This document shows, piece by piece, positions 47,236 through 58,075 of a stretch of DNA of 64,000 nt. Both the position numbers and the translations under genes were made by a program. The stretch lies in assembly GCA_963813535.1 (NCBI GenBank), contig CAWEZH010000002.1:1280001-1344000 (forward strand). The letters run 5' to 3'. The notes under the pieces were generated by a model that ran no database searches, was not told where the DNA came from, and was given only the letters and a program-made list of their open reading frames with translations. The stretch is from an uncultured Chloroflexia bacterium (lineage in GTDB: Bacteria; Chloroflexota; Limnocylindria; Limnocylindrales; CSP1-4). Each line of letters opens with the position of its first letter. Within the stretch, counting starts at the first letter, position 1.

Positions 47236-47777
47236 ACGGCAGGACGTCCGGCCAGGATCTCAAGCGGCTCCGCCAGCGCGCCATCCGCCAGGTGATCGCG
47301 TCGCGCCCGATCGGCAGCCAGCGTGAGCTGGTCGATGCACTGACCGCACAGGGCTTCGATGTCACGCAGGCCACCGTCAGTCGCGACATCACGGAACTGG
47401 GTCTGCTCAAGGCGCCCCGGACCGACGGGGCCGTGTACGTGTCGCCCGAGGACGTCGCTTCGCGCGCGCCGGCGACGCTGCCGACCGCCGGCGTCACCGG
47501 CGCGACTAGAGACGACCGCCTCGGCCGCATCCTCTCCGATGTCCCCGTCACGGTCGGCCGGAGCGGCTTGATCCTCGTCCTGACCGGCACACCCGGAACG
47601 GCGAGCGTCGTCGCGCAGGCCATCGACGAGTCCTCCCTGCAGGAGCAGGAGGGCACGCTGGCGGGCGACAATACGCTCCTGGTCCTGTTCGCCGACGAAG
47701 TCCGCCTCGAGCGCTGGCTCGCGCGCTTCGAGGCCATCCAACGGTCGATCGCGGAGGAGGTTCCCGCACCGGTATGA
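47232..47777 (+). CDS. argR: Arginine repressor
   Basis: SQRELV..VTQATVSRDITELG; GTLAGDNT. Confidence 0.95.
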   Translation: MNGRTSGQDLKRLRQRAIRQVIASRPIGSQRELVDALTAQGFDVTQATVSRDITELGLLKAPRTDGAVYVSPEDVASRAPATLPTAGVTGATRDDRLGRILSDVPVTVGRSGLILVLTGTPGTASVVAQAIDESSLQEQEGTLAGDNTLLVLFADEVRLERWLARFEAIQRSIAEEVPAPV

Positions 47778-49058
47778 AGAAGGTCGTTCTCGCCTATTCC
47801 GGCGGTCTGGACACGTCCGTCGCCGTCTCCTGGCTCAAGGAGCAGTACGACGCCGAGGTCGTGACGTTGACGGTCGATCTCGGCGGCGGGTCGCTGCGCG
47901 AAGGCGTCGAGCGGCGCGCCATGTCCGCCGGTGCCTCGCGTGCCTACGTGATCGATGCGCGAGAGCGCTTCATCACCGACTACGTCTGGCCGCACCTCCA
48001 GGCCAATGCGCTGTACCAGGGCGCCTACCCGCTGGCGACGGCGCTCGCCAGGCCCCTCATCGCCCAACTGCTCGTGGAGGTCGCCCGACGCGAGAGCGCC
48101 GACGCCGTCGCCCACGGTTGCACCGGCAAGGGCAACGACCAGGTCCGGTTCGACGTCGCGACCCACGCGCTCGATCCGGGGCTCGAGGTCGTCGCTCCGA
48201 TGCGCGTGGGCATGGGCCTGACCCGCGACCAGGAGATCGACTACGCCAACGAACGTGGCATCGAGATCCCGATCACCAAGCAGTCGCCCTACTCGATCGA
48301 CGTGAACCTGTGGGGCCGGTCGTGCGAGACCGGCGTCCTCGAGGACCCCTGGGTCACGCCACCGCCCGACGCCTACGAGTGGACGGTCGAACCGTCCGCA
48401 GCCCCGGATCCGGTCGAGATCGTCATCGACTTCGAGGGGGGCGTGCCCGTGGCGATCGACGGGGAGCGCCTCGGTGCCGGTCGAGCTCGTCCAGCGGCTC
48501 CACGACCTGGGCGGCACGCACGGCGTCGGCCGGATCGATCACGTCGAGGATCGGCTGGTCGGGATCAAGAGCCGGGAGATCTATGAGACGCCGGCGGCCA
48601 CCATCCTGCACGCTGCCCATCGGGCGCTGGAAGGGCTCACGCTGACCCGCGACACACTCCGGTTCAACCGGCTTGTCGCGGACGAGCTGTCGCGCCTCAT
48701 CTACGACGGGCTGTGGTTCAGCGCCCTGTCGCGTGACCTGCGCGCCTATGTCGCCTCTTCACAGCGGGTCGTGTCGGGCGAGGTCCGGATGCGGCTCGAC
48801 CACGGCCAGGCGGTCGTGGCCGGTCGCAAGTCGCCGCTGTCGCTCTACGACAAGAGCCTGGCGACGTACGACGAGGGCGATGCGTTCGACCACGCGAGTG
48901 CCGTCGGGTTCATCGAGATCTTCGGTCTGCCGCTGCGGGTCGAGGCGGCGCGACACGGTGCCGTGGGAGCACGCTACGGTGCGGCCTGGTCGTGGACCGA
49001 TCCCCTGCTCGAAACATTGCCGACCACGGTCACCGATCCGGAGCCGGCGGCGGTCTGA
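47774..49058 (+). CDS. argG: Argininosuccinate synthase with a +1 frameshift near 48473
   Basis: LAYSGGLDTS and GKGNDQVRF in one frame; GRIDHVEDRLVGIKSREIYE in the next frame; span is 3n+1. Confidence 0.92.
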
Positions 49059-49109
49059 CGCTCCGGCTCCACGGCGACCGGCGCGTATCGCATGCCCGAT
49101 GATCGGCCC

Positions 49110-50336
49110 ATGACGACCGACCGGGTGCCGATCGGCGACGCCACCTTCCGTGAGCTCGCGTTCCTCCACGAGATCGCCCAGCTCGCGACACAGGCACGCG
49201 ACTGGGACGAGCTGATGCGGTCGATCGTCGATGGGACGACGGCCGCGATGGACGTCGAGGTCTGCTCGTTCTACCTGGCCGACCACGAACGGACCCGGCT
49301 GACCCTCGCCGCGACGAACGGCCTCGATACGACCCAGGTCGGTCACGTGAGCCTGGCCTGGGGCGAGGGCATCACCGGCCGCGTCGCCGCGACGCGTTCG
49401 CCGATCTCGGTCGAGGACGTGACGCGCGACGAGCGATTCGCCTGGGTGCGCGGCTTCGACATCGAGGGCCTGGCCGGGATGCTGTCGGTCCCGCTGGTCT
49501 GGCATGACGGGGTCGTGGGCGTCCTCAATGTCCAGACACGGGCAGTTCGTCGGTTCGAGCCCGACGAGATCGATCTCCTCCAGACGATCGGCGCGCTGCT
49601 CGCCGGGATCGTCGAGAAGGGCCGGCTGACGGCCGAGGTCGAAGCGCGACTCGCCCAGCTCACCGCCCTCGACACGGCGCGGTCGGAGCTGTTGAGCGTC
49701 GTGACACACGAGCTTCGGACGCCGCTGTCGATCGTGCGCGTCTACGTCGACCTGCTGGCCGAGGCCTCGCGCGAACGCGCCGACACAGCGGACTGGCGCG
49801 AGGCGGCGAACGAGCAACTCGCACGCCTCGACCGACTCGTGGACTCGATCCTGGCGTCGGTCCGCGGCGAGGGACTCACCGGTCTGTCACGAGCGCCGTT
49901 CGAAGCGGTCCAGGCCGTCGACGAGGTCGTCGAGACGCTCCGGCTCCTGCTCCGGCCGCATCCGATCCGCTGGGCCCGCCCCGATGCACCGATGACCGCC
50001 ATCGGCGACGAGACTCGGTTCCGACAGGTCCTCGAGCAGTTGCTCGAGAACGAGTCGAAGTACGCGCCGACGGAGGAGGGCGTCAGCATCGGGATCTGGC
50101 GGCTCGGCGACGAGATCCAGGTCTACGTGACCGATGACGGCCCGGGTGTACCGGTCGACGAATGGGAGAGCGTGTTCGAACCGTTCGTACGGCTCGAGGG
50201 TCGTGCTCGATCGCGCGGGTCAGGGATCGGCCTGTTCGCCGCGCGTCGGCTCATGTCCGCGATGGGCGGACGCATCTTCCTCGAACCCAATGGCTTCGCC
50301 GGCTCGCGGTTCGTGGTGGGCCTGCCGGCCGGCTAG
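49110..50336 (+). CDS. GAF-domain sensor histidine kinase (orphan)
   Basis: GAF (LAATNGL..GEGITG), THELRTP, DDGPG, GSGIGL; alternative start at 49092. Confidence 0.9.
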   Translation: MTTDRVPIGDATFRELAFLHEIAQLATQARDWDELMRSIVDGTTAAMDVEVCSFYLADHERTRLTLAATNGLDTTQVGHVSLAWGEGITGRVAATRSPISVEDVTRDERFAWVRGFDIEGLAGMLSVPLVWHDGVVGVLNVQTRAVRRFEPDEIDLLQTIGALLAGIVEKGRLTAEVEARLAQLTALDTARSELLSVVTHELRTPLSIVRVYVDLLAEASRERADTADWREAANEQLARLDRLVDSILASVRGEGLTGLSRAPFEAVQAVDEVVETLRLLLRPHPIRWARPDAPMTAIGDETRFRQVLEQLLENESKYAPTEEGVSIGIWRLGDEIQVYVTDDGPGVPVDEWESVFEPFVRLEGRARSRGSGIGLFAARRLMSAMGGRIFLEPNGFAGSRFVVGLPAG

Positions 50337-50357
50337 GTCGAGCTTCCAGTAAGCCCA

Positions 50358-50391
50358 GGAAGGGGCCCGTCCTTCGGGACGGGCCCCTTCC
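50358..50391. terminator. Strong hairpin between convergent genes
   Basis: 15-bp stem with C(TTCG)G tetraloop. Confidence 0.85.
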
Positions 50392-50439
50392 ATGTGGTCC
50401 GGGCCGGAGGAGGCGACCCGGTGGGCCGAGGAGGATCGA

Positions 50440-51468
50440 TCAGGGGCCCGCCGTCGCGGCTGCCGAGGGGATGCCCTGCTCGCTGCCGATCAGACGATGC
50501 TCATCAGCGAGGCGTCGATAGATGGCGGCCGTCGCACCGATGGCGTCCCGATAAGGCGTCACCGGGACGTCGCCGAGCTCAGCCACGCAGTCGTGGGCGA
50601 TGTCCGCCGGGAATGGCAGCTCGGTCGGGGCGACAGTGATGCGACCGGCCGCCTCGGGCACGGCGTCCTCGATCGCCCGGACCCAGTCGTCGAGGGCGAC
50701 TGCATCGCCGCCGAGGTTGTATACAGGCGAGCCGCCGCCGGGGCTGCGGCTGGCGAGGATGAGCGTCCGGGCCACGTCCTCGGCGTACTGGAACAGCGTG
50801 CGCCCGCCGAACGAGATCTCGAATGGCTCTCCGAGGACCGCCGCGGCGATCGCCACGGTCGGGCTGCTCGTCATGCCCTGGTCGCGCCCGGCACCGTACA
50901 CGGTCATCGGCCGTAGCCCGACGCTCGACACGCCGTAGTCGGCCCAGTACAGCCGCGCCGTTCCCTCGTTCGCCAGCTTGTAGACGCCATACAGATTGCC
51001 CGGATGGGCATCGGCATCCTCCTCGAGTCGGCCCGTCGCCGCATCGACATCCGATGGCGCATACATCCCGATCGACCCCGTGTACACGACAGGCGCCATG
51101 CCCGGACCGCGGCGTCGGACCGCCTCGAACACGTTGACGGTGCCCGTGACATTGACCTGCGCCCCGCGGACCGGATCGGCGCGGCAGAACGGGACCTGCA
51201 GTGCCGCCAGGTGGATGACGTTCGTGACGTCATGGTCGGCCAGGGCGCCCTCGAGCGAGCCGAGATCGGTGATGTCCCCATTGACGACGGTCACACGATC
51301 CAGTTCGTCGGGCTCGACGATCTGGGCGATGCGCCGCGGGTCGCGACCAAGGTCGAACGCGACCACCGGAACGCCCTCACGGACCAGCGTTCGCACGGTC
51401 CACGCTCCGATGCAACCGAGCGCGCCGGTGACGAGGAACCGCTCGCCGCGCCCGTCCGGCGCGGTCAC
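50440..51468 (-). CDS. NAD-dependent epimerase/dehydratase family (extended SDR)
   Basis: LVTGALGCIG, IHLAA, YGVYK; GTGA overlap. Confidence 0.9.
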   Translation of the reverse strand: MTAPDGRGERFLVTGALGCIGAWTVRTLVREGVPVVAFDLGRDPRRIAQIVEPDELDRVTVVNGDITDLGSLEGALADHDVTNVIHLAALQVPFCRADPVRGAQVNVTGTVNVFEAVRRRGPGMAPVVYTGSIGMYAPSDVDAATGRLEEDADAHPGNLYGVYKLANEGTARLYWADYGVSSVGLRPMTVYGAGRDQGMTSSPTVAIAAAVLGEPFEISFGGRTLFQYAEDVARTLILASRSPGGGSPVYNLGGDAVALDDWVRAIEDAVPEAAGRITVAPTELPFPADIAHDCVAELGDVPVTPYRDAIGATAAIYRRLADEHRLIGSEQGIPSAAATAGP

Positions 51469-52349
51469 GCTGCCGCCTCGCCGCGGTCGAACCGGCAGGT
51501 GTTCTCGAGCCGGCCGATGCCATCGATCTCGACGACGACGCGGGCCCCGTCCCCGAGGAAGCGGGGCGGGTCGCGGAAGGCGCCGACACCTGCCGGCGTG
51601 CCGGTTGCGATGACATCGCCGGGCTCGAGCGTGAATGCCTCCGAGCAATGACTGATGATCTCCGCGACCGAGAAGTACATCAGCGCGGTGCTGGCGTCCT
51701 GGACGACCTCGCCGTCGACCGTGCAGCGGATCGCCAGCTGTTGTGGATCGCCGACCACATCGGCCGTGACCAGATACGGGCCCATCGGGCAGAACGTATC
51801 CAGCGATTTGCCGCGGATCCACTGCCCGTCACCGAACTGCAGGTCACGAGCCGACACATCGTTGAGGCAGGTGTACCCGAACACGTGATCGAGCGCGGCG
51901 TCAGGCGCCACCCGACGCGCCGTCCGGCCGATGACGACAGCGAGCTCCGCCTCCCAGTCGACCTGGCCAGTGAGTCCCGGATCCCACCGGATGTCGACGC
52001 CCGGGCCGATCACCGAGCTCGGCCACTTCGCGAAGATGAGCGGGGCCGCAGGCGGCTCGACACCCTCCTCGGCGGCGTGCTCGCGGTAGTTGCGCCCGAT
52101 CGCGACGATCTTGCCGGGCCGCGGCACGGGGGCCAGAAGCTCGATGTCGGCGAGGGGCCGACCGCGCTCGGCGATGCGTGCCTTGGACGCCGCGGCGCGC
52201 AGCTCGTCGACGACGTCGCGCCCGGCACGGAGCAGGGCGCCGATCGTGGCCGGACCACCCGGGACGACCGAAGTGGCGGGAAGCCAGCGGTCGGCATCGA
52301 CGACGCCCAGCGTCTCGATGTCCGCGGACTGGCAGGAGAGCAAGCGCAC
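51465..52349 (-). CDS. Fumarylacetoacetate hydrolase family protein
   Basis: IGRNY, DWEAEL, NDVSARDLQ, GKS.DTFCPMGP, GDVIATGTP. Confidence 0.93.
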   Translation of the reverse strand: MRLLSCQSADIETLGVVDADRWLPATSVVPGGPATIGALLRAGRDVVDELRAAASKARIAERGRPLADIELLAPVPRPGKIVAIGRNYREHAAEEGVEPPAAPLIFAKWPSSVIGPGVDIRWDPGLTGQVDWEAELAVVIGRTARRVAPDAALDHVFGYTCLNDVSARDLQFGDGQWIRGKSLDTFCPMGPYLVTADVVGDPQQLAIRCTVDGEVVQDASTALMYFSVAEIISHCSEAFTLEPGDVIATGTPAGVGAFRDPPRFLGDGARVVVEIDGIGRLENTCRFDRGEAAA

Positions 52350-52363
52350 GGTCGCTCCACTGT

Positions 52364-52379
52364 GTTCAGCATTCTGGCC
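52364..52379. promoter_or_regulatory. Probable IclR operator (divergent FAH/AKR promoter)
   Basis: GTTCAGCATTCTGGCC matches the site at 55287. Confidence 0.65.
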
Positions 52380-52458
52380 GTTGGACCGAGGACTGGACGA
52401 TACGCTAGCCTCTGCATTCGCGTCAATCACAACGGGCGTCGCGAGGATATGGTGAGTC

Positions 52459-53487
52459 ATGGCGCTCGATCCCAAGGAACGTGTCGCGCTCGGCCGAACG
52501 GGGTTGACGGTGACGCGGCTTGCGCTCGGCGGGGCATCGATCGGCGGGCTGTTCTCGGCAGTCGACGAGGCGGCAGCGATCGCGACGGTCCGCCACGCCT
52601 GGGACCTCGGTGTTCGCACGTTCGACACCGCCCCGCTCTACGGCTACGGCACATCGGAACGCCGCATGGGACAGGCCCTGAAGGACCGGCCGCGGGACGC
52701 ATTCGTGCTGTCCACCAAGGTCGGTCGATTGGTCCACCACGAATCCGCGATCCGCGCTGGGGCCGACGTCGACCGGCAGCGCCTCGGGACGAAGGACGAT
52801 GCGTACTACGAGCGGGCCGAGCCCCTCCGCATCGTGTTCGACTACAGCGCCGACGGCGTGCGCCGGTCACTCGAGGCGAGTCTCGAGCGACTCGGCCTCG
52901 ACCGCGTCGACATCGCGCTGATCCATGACCCCGACGATCACTGGCGGGAGGCGATCGACGGCGCGTGGCCGGCCCTCGCCCGGCTTCGCGACGAGGGCGT
53001 CGTGCGCGCGGTCGGCGCGGGCATGAACCGATCGGAGATGCTCACCCGCTTCGCCCGTGAGACCGACATGGATGTCCTCCTGCTCGCGAACCGCTACACG
53101 CTGCTGGACCAGGGCGCCCTGGCGACGCTGCTGCCCGCCTGCGCCGAGCGTGGGATCGCGATCCTGCTCGGCGGGGTGATGAACACCGGGATCCTGGCCG
53201 ACCCCCGGCCCGGCAGCCGGTTCGACTATGGGCCGGCTCGCGCCGACCTCGTGGCCCAGGCCCAGCGGCTTGCCGCGGTCTGCGCGCGGTACGACGTCCC
53301 GCTTCGTGCCGCCGCGATCCAGTTCCCGCTCGCGCACCCGGCGGTCGCCTCGTTGGTCGCCGGCGTTCGAAGCATCGCCCATCTCGACGACTATCCGGCG
53401 ATGATGGCGGTGCCCATCCCGGCCGACCTTTGGACCGAGCTCCGAGCCGAGGGCCTGATCGCGCCCGAGGCGCCGGTGCCCGCATGA
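52459..53487 (+). CDS. Aldo/keto reductase, L-fucose (D-threo-aldose) 1-dehydrogenase-like
   Basis: FDTAPLYG, STKVGR, FDYSADGV, IHDPD; gene context. Confidence 0.88.
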   Translation: MALDPKERVALGRTGLTVTRLALGGASIGGLFSAVDEAAAIATVRHAWDLGVRTFDTAPLYGYGTSERRMGQALKDRPRDAFVLSTKVGRLVHHESAIRAGADVDRQRLGTKDDAYYERAEPLRIVFDYSADGVRRSLEASLERLGLDRVDIALIHDPDDHWREAIDGAWPALARLRDEGVVRAVGAGMNRSEMLTRFARETDMDVLLLANRYTLLDQGALATLLPACAERGIAILLGGVMNTGILADPRPGSRFDYGPARADLVAQAQRLAAVCARYDVPLRAAAIQFPLAHPAVASLVAGVRSIAHLDDYPAMMAVPIPADLWTELRAEGLIAPEAPVPA

Positions 53488-54332
53488 CGCCGATCCAGAC
53501 CGTCGACGCCCACCACCACTTCTGGGATCCGGCGACAGCCGACTATCCGTGGCTGACCGACGACCTCGCGGTCATCCGCCGGCCATTCGCTCCCGACGAC
53601 CTCGAGCCTGAACTCGAGGCCGCGGGGATCGACGCCACGGTCCTCGTGCAGACGCGATCGAGCCTCGATGAGACGCGCGAGTTCCTGCAGCTGGCCGAAG
53701 CGACGCCGTTCATCCGTGGCGTGATCGGTTGGGTGGATCTCACCGCGGCCACCGTGGGAGAGACGATCGCAGCCCTCCGCTCCGTGCCGGGTGGCGACCG
53801 TCTCGTCGGCATCCGCCACCAGGTCCACGACGAGCCGGACCCCGAGTGGCTCCTGAGAGATGAGGTCGTCGACGGGATCCGCGCCGTCGGCGCCGCGGGT
53901 CTCGCGTATGACCTCCTGATCCGACCGCGCGAGCTACCGGCTGCCCTGCGAGTGGCGCGGCGACTGCCGGAGGTCCGATTCGTCATCGACCACTTGGCCA
54001 AGCCGCCGATCGCGGGCGGGGATGGGCAGGGGTGGTGGGACGGGATCGCGGCCTTCGCCGCGCTCGACCATGTCGCGTGCAAGATCTCGGGCCTGGTGAC
54101 CGAGGCGTCGTGGTCGTCGTGGACGCCCTCGATCCTGCAGCCGTACGTCGACCACGCGATCGCGGCCTTCGGACCGACCCGACTCATGTTCGGATCTGAC
54201 TGGCCGGTCTGCCTGCTCGCTGCGACCTACGCCCAGGTGGTCGATGTCGCGCGTACGACGCTCGGCAGCCTCACGCCGTCGGAGCGGGCGGCGGTGTTCG
54301 GGGTGAACGCGGCACGCATCTACCGGCTATGA
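53484..54332 (+). CDS. Amidohydrolase_2, L-fuconolactonase-like
   Basis: DAHHHFW, IDHLAKP, CKISGL, MFGSDWPVC. Confidence 0.88.
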   Translation: MTPIQTVDAHHHFWDPATADYPWLTDDLAVIRRPFAPDDLEPELEAAGIDATVLVQTRSSLDETREFLQLAEATPFIRGVIGWVDLTAATVGETIAALRSVPGGDRLVGIRHQVHDEPDPEWLLRDEVVDGIRAVGAAGLAYDLLIRPRELPAALRVARRLPEVRFVIDHLAKPPIAGGDGQGWWDGIAAFAALDHVACKISGLVTEASWSSWTPSILQPYVDHAIAAFGPTRLMFGSDWPVCLLAATYAQVVDVARTTLGSLTPSERAAVFGVNAARIYRL

Positions 54333-55165
54333 CCGTCGGTGCGGAGGCGTGCCGCGCCGCTGGCCGGCGCCGAGCGCAGGGGATCCGATAGCCGATCGGT
54401 GAGCCGATGCAGGTCGGCGATGAGGGCCGGCACACGGTCGTACGTGGCACGTGCCTTGAGCAATGTGATGCTCGCGGCATATGGGCCGTCGCCCGGTCCG
54501 CGGCCGGGGATCGCGATGCCGAAGCAGACCACCCCCTCCACGGTCTCCTCATCGTCCATCGAGTAGCCGCGCTGCCGCACGACCGCCAGATCGGCCAAGA
54601 GCGCCTCGAGCGTCCGCAGCGACCGGCGCGTCAGGCTCGGCAGCTCGACGCCCCGCAACCGGTCCTCTACCTCGGCCGGATCGAGCGCCGCCAGGGCCGC
54701 CTTGCCCGTCGCCGTGACGCTGGCCGGGAGGCGCCGACCGATCTGCGAGGTGAGGCGGACCGGCTGTCGCCCGTCATGACGGGCGAGATAGGTCATCTCT
54801 CCTCCGTCGAGGACGGCGAGTTGGATCGTCTCGTCCGAGCCGGCCTCGAGCTCCAGGCACGCGTCGTAGAACTCCCGGACGAGGTCGATCGTCGCGAGAT
54901 ACGCGCCGCCGAGCTCGGCTAGCCGGCGGCCGAGGGCGAAGCCCGTGCCGACCCGTCGGACCAGGCCGGCGTCGGCGAGCGCGCCGCAGACATTGGCGAT
55001 GGATGACTTCGGCAGACCAAGCCGGCGAGCGAGCTCGCTCGGTCCCGCCGCGACCCCGCCGTTCTCAGCGAGCAGGTCGAGGATCGCGGCCGCGCGGGTG
55101 ACCGCCGGAGCGAGCGACTCGCTCTCGGCGACCGCGTCGTCCTCGGCTCGAACCGTGTCGGTCAT
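54320..55165 (-). CDS. IclR family transcriptional regulator
   Basis: APAVTRA..LGLPKSS HTH; GRRLPA..TATGKA; DDEE. Confidence 0.93.
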   Translation of the reverse strand: MTDTVRAEDDAVAESESLAPAVTRAAAILDLLAENGGVAAGPSELARRLGLPKSSIANVCGALADAGLVRRVGTGFALGRRLAELGGAYLATIDLVREFYDACLELEAGSDETIQLAVLDGGEMTYLARHDGRQPVRLTSQIGRRLPASVTATGKAALAALDPAEVEDRLRGVELPSLTRRSLRTLEALLADLAVVRQRGYSMDDEETVEGVVCFGIAIPGRGPGDGPYAASITLLKARATYDRVPALIADLHRLTDRLSDPLRSAPASGAARLRTDGHSR

Positions 55166-55210
55166 CGCCTTCTACCCCTCGATCTCGGTAGCGAACGTCC
55201 GGCCAATACC

Positions 55211-55302
55211 GGTCAACCTGCTGAACCGCGTGCGATATCTTGACTTTGGTCGCGGTGTCGCCATACTGGCCAGCATACCGCCGTCCGTTCAGTATGCTGG
55301 AC
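55211..55302. promoter_or_regulatory. Divergent promoter region with IclR-type operators
   Basis: GTTCAGTATGCTGGAC at 55287, weaker GGTCAACCTGCTGAAC at 55211, TTGACT-N16-CATACT. Confidence 0.65.
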
Positions 55303-55338
55303 GATGCGCGGAGAATGTCAAGAGGAGGGCCTCACGCC

Positions 55339-56898
55339 GTGTCTCGGTTCCGCATGGTCGCGGCAGCGATCATCCCGATTCTCGTCCTGACGGCCTGCAG
55401 CCCATCGGCCAGTCCGTCGCCATCCGCATCGGCCGCGTCGGCCGAGCCGCCGCCGTCGGCATCGGCGTCGGCGGAAGCCACGCCCGCCGGCTCGCCGGGC
55501 ACCAAGTTCGCCGGCATCAGCGTCAATCTCCTCACCTTCAACGGTCCGCAAGTCGCAGAGCCGCTCCAGCGGCGCGCTCCGGACTGGGAGCAGCTTACCG
55601 GCGGCCACGTCAATGTCGTCGCGGTCGGTTTCCAGACGATCTACGACAAGGCGCTGCTCGACGCGTCGACCGGGACGAACTCGTTCGACGGCTACGTCTT
55701 CGACCCGCAGTGGCTGGGCGACTTCGTCGGCCCGGGCTATCTGCTCGACCTCACCGACCGGGTGTCGGCCGACAGCCAGCTCGATTGGCAGGACATCGGG
55801 CCGTTCTTCCGTGACTTCAACGCCACCTACAACGGCAAGGTCTACACGATCCCGCTCGACGGCGACTTCCACATGGTCTATTACCGATCCGACCTGCTGG
55901 AGAAGGATGGCTTGAAGCCGCCGGCCACGTGGGACGACTACATGACGATCGCCGCGAAGTACAACGGCCAGGACCTCAACGAAGACGGTGAGCCGGACTA
56001 CGGCTCGTGCATCGCCAAGAAGAAGGGCGCCCAGAGCTACTGGTGGATCATCTCCATCGCGGCCGGCCTGCTGCAGGGCAAGGGCACCAACGAAGGCGCG
56101 TTCTTCGACACGGCCAACCTGAACCCGCTGTTCGGCCAGAACGACGCCATCACCAAGGCCCTCGACATGTACGCCAAGACGGCGACCGTCGGCCCGCCCG
56201 ATGAGCTGAACATGGACGTCGGCGGCACGCGCGGCCTGTTCACCACCGGACGTTGCGCGCTGTCCATGGACTGGGGCGACATCGGGACGCTGGCCCCGGG
56301 CACGTACGCCCAGGACAAGACCGGCGCCACGATCACCCCAGGCTGGAAGGAGGTCCTCGATCGCTCGAGCGGCAAGCTCGTCGCCTGCGATGGGACGACG
56401 TGCCCGAACGCCGTCGATGGCGTGAACTACGCGCCGTTCGCCTCGTTCGGCGGCTGGTCGGGGGCGGTCAACGCCGCCTCTCCCAAGGAGAACCAGGACG
56501 CCGTCTACGACTTCCTGTCGTACATGAGCGCCCCGGCCCAGTCCGGCATCGATGTCACACTGGGCAAGACCGGCTACAACCCGTATCGGACGTCACACTT
56601 CTCGAATATCCAGCCGTGGATCGATGCGGGTCTCAGCCAGGCCGCCGCCGAGAATTACCTCGGCGCCATCAAGTCCAGCCTCGAGAACTCGAACATGGTC
56701 CTCGACATGCGGATCCCGCTGACCAAGCGCTACCAGCAGGACGTGCTGGATACGGCGGTCTCGCAATACCTCGCCGGCGAACTCGATGCCGCTGGCGCAG
56801 AGCAGGCGATCGCCGACGGCTGGAACGCGATCAGCGACGAGGCCGGGAAGGACGCCCAGCTCGCCGCGTATGTCGCCAGTCTTGGCGTCGAGCGGTAG
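55339..56898 (+). CDS. Sugar ABC transporter substrate-binding lipoprotein
   Basis: Lipobox LTAC; YTIPLDGD, YYRSDL, PATWDDY. Confidence 0.92.
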   Translation: MSRFRMVAAAIIPILVLTACSPSASPSPSASAASAEPPPSASASAEATPAGSPGTKFAGISVNLLTFNGPQVAEPLQRRAPDWEQLTGGHVNVVAVGFQTIYDKALLDASTGTNSFDGYVFDPQWLGDFVGPGYLLDLTDRVSADSQLDWQDIGPFFRDFNATYNGKVYTIPLDGDFHMVYYRSDLLEKDGLKPPATWDDYMTIAAKYNGQDLNEDGEPDYGSCIAKKKGAQSYWWIISIAAGLLQGKGTNEGAFFDTANLNPLFGQNDAITKALDMYAKTATVGPPDELNMDVGGTRGLFTTGRCALSMDWGDIGTLAPGTYAQDKTGATITPGWKEVLDRSSGKLVACDGTTCPNAVDGVNYAPFASFGGWSGAVNAASPKENQDAVYDFLSYMSAPAQSGIDVTLGKTGYNPYRTSHFSNIQPWIDAGLSQAAAENYLGAIKSSLENSNMVLDMRIPLTKRYQQDVLDTAVSQYLAGELDAAGAEQAIADGWNAISDEAGKDAQLAAYVASLGVER

Positions 56899-56971
56899 CT
56901 CAGCCTCAGCCGACCAAGGGAGCCTGAGCGTCGACGGTCAGGCTCCCGAAACCCGCGAACCGCGCCGAGCG

Positions 56972-58075
56972 ATGACGTCGCTCGGCGCGTGGCGTTCCGA
57001 CGGGGCGGCTCGCTGGCTGTTCATCTGGCCCACGGTCCTGTTCATCCTCGTCCTGTCGCTCTTCCCCCTGGTCGCCTCGCTCGCGCTATCGCTCTCGAGG
57101 CTGGCCTTCCACCAGGGTGGCGTCGACCTCAAGTTCATCGGATTCACGAACTACCAGCAGCTCCTCTTCGGTCTGGAGCGCAGCCACTTCCTCGGCGTCC
57201 TCAAGTCCCCGTCGCCCGTGGGCTGGGCGATCCTCATCGCGACGATCGCGGTCACCACGTACGCCTGGATGCGCTCAGCGCGGAGCGGCCAGGTCGGCCC
57301 GTTCGGGCTCGTCCTCCGCTTGTTCGGCGGCCTACTGCTGGTCGGGTTCGTCTGGCTGCTGGTGCAGACCATGGCAAGCGAGGGAGGTCGTCCCGGGTCG
57401 CTGATCGTGACGTTGATCTTCGTGGTCGTGGGGATCGCGCTCCAGTACCTGCTGGGGCTCGGTCTCGCCCTGCTCGCGGTCCAGCAGGTGCCATGGCGCC
57501 GCTTCTTCCGGATCGTCTTCCTGATCCCGTTGACGATCACGCCGGTCGGCGTCGGGTACATGTTCCTCATGCTGACCGACACCTCGAAGGGACCGCTCGA
57601 ACCCCTCTGGGTCGCTCTCGGTCTGCGCGACTTCACGTGGGTGACCGATCCATGGCTGGCCCGGGCCGCCGTGATCATCGGCGACACGTGGCAGTGGACG
57701 CCGTTCGTGTTCATCGTGCTGCTGGCCGCCGTCGAGAGCCTCGACCAGGAGGTGCGTGAGGCGGCGCTCGCCGATGGCGCCAGCCGCTGGCAGTCGTTCC
57801 GGCACATCACGTTCCCTGCCTTGCTGCCAGTGACGACGACCATCATCCTCATCCGCCTCATCGAGGGTTTCAAGATCATCGACATGCCGAACATCCTGCT
57901 GGGCGGTGGCCCAGGGACGGCGACGCAATCGATGACGCTCCAGGCGTACATCGACTGGAACACGCTGAACCTCGGCCGGTCGGCCGCGGTCGCCTATCTC
58001 CTGCTCCTCCTGGTGACGATCATCGCGACCGTGTACGTCAGCCTGGTCCGGCGACGGGTGACGGAGACCGTATGA
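56972..58075 (+). CDS. Carbohydrate ABC transporter permease
   Basis: DTWQWTPF, EAALADGAS..FRHIT. Confidence 0.92.
   Translation: MTSLGAWRSDGAARWLFIWPTVLFILVLSLFPLVASLALSLSRLAFHQGGVDLKFIGFTNYQQLLFGLERSHFLGVLKSPSPVGWAILIATIAVTTYAWMRSARSGQVGPFGLVLRLFGGLLLVGFVWLLVQTMASEGGRPGSLIVTLIFVVVGIALQYLLGLGLALLAVQQVPWRRFFRIVFLIPLTITPVGVGYMFLMLTDTSKGPLEPLWVALGLRDFTWVTDPWLARAAVIIGDTWQWTPFVFIVLLAAVESLDQEVREAALADGASRWQSFRHITFPALLPVTTTIILIRLIEGFKIIDMPNILLGGGPGTATQSMTLQAYIDWNTLNLGRSAAVAYLLLLLVTIIATVYVSLVRRRVTETV

Noticed and set aside
48421-48490. Programmed frameshifting in argG
   Set aside because: No slippery site or stimulatory structure at the junction, and no precedent known to me
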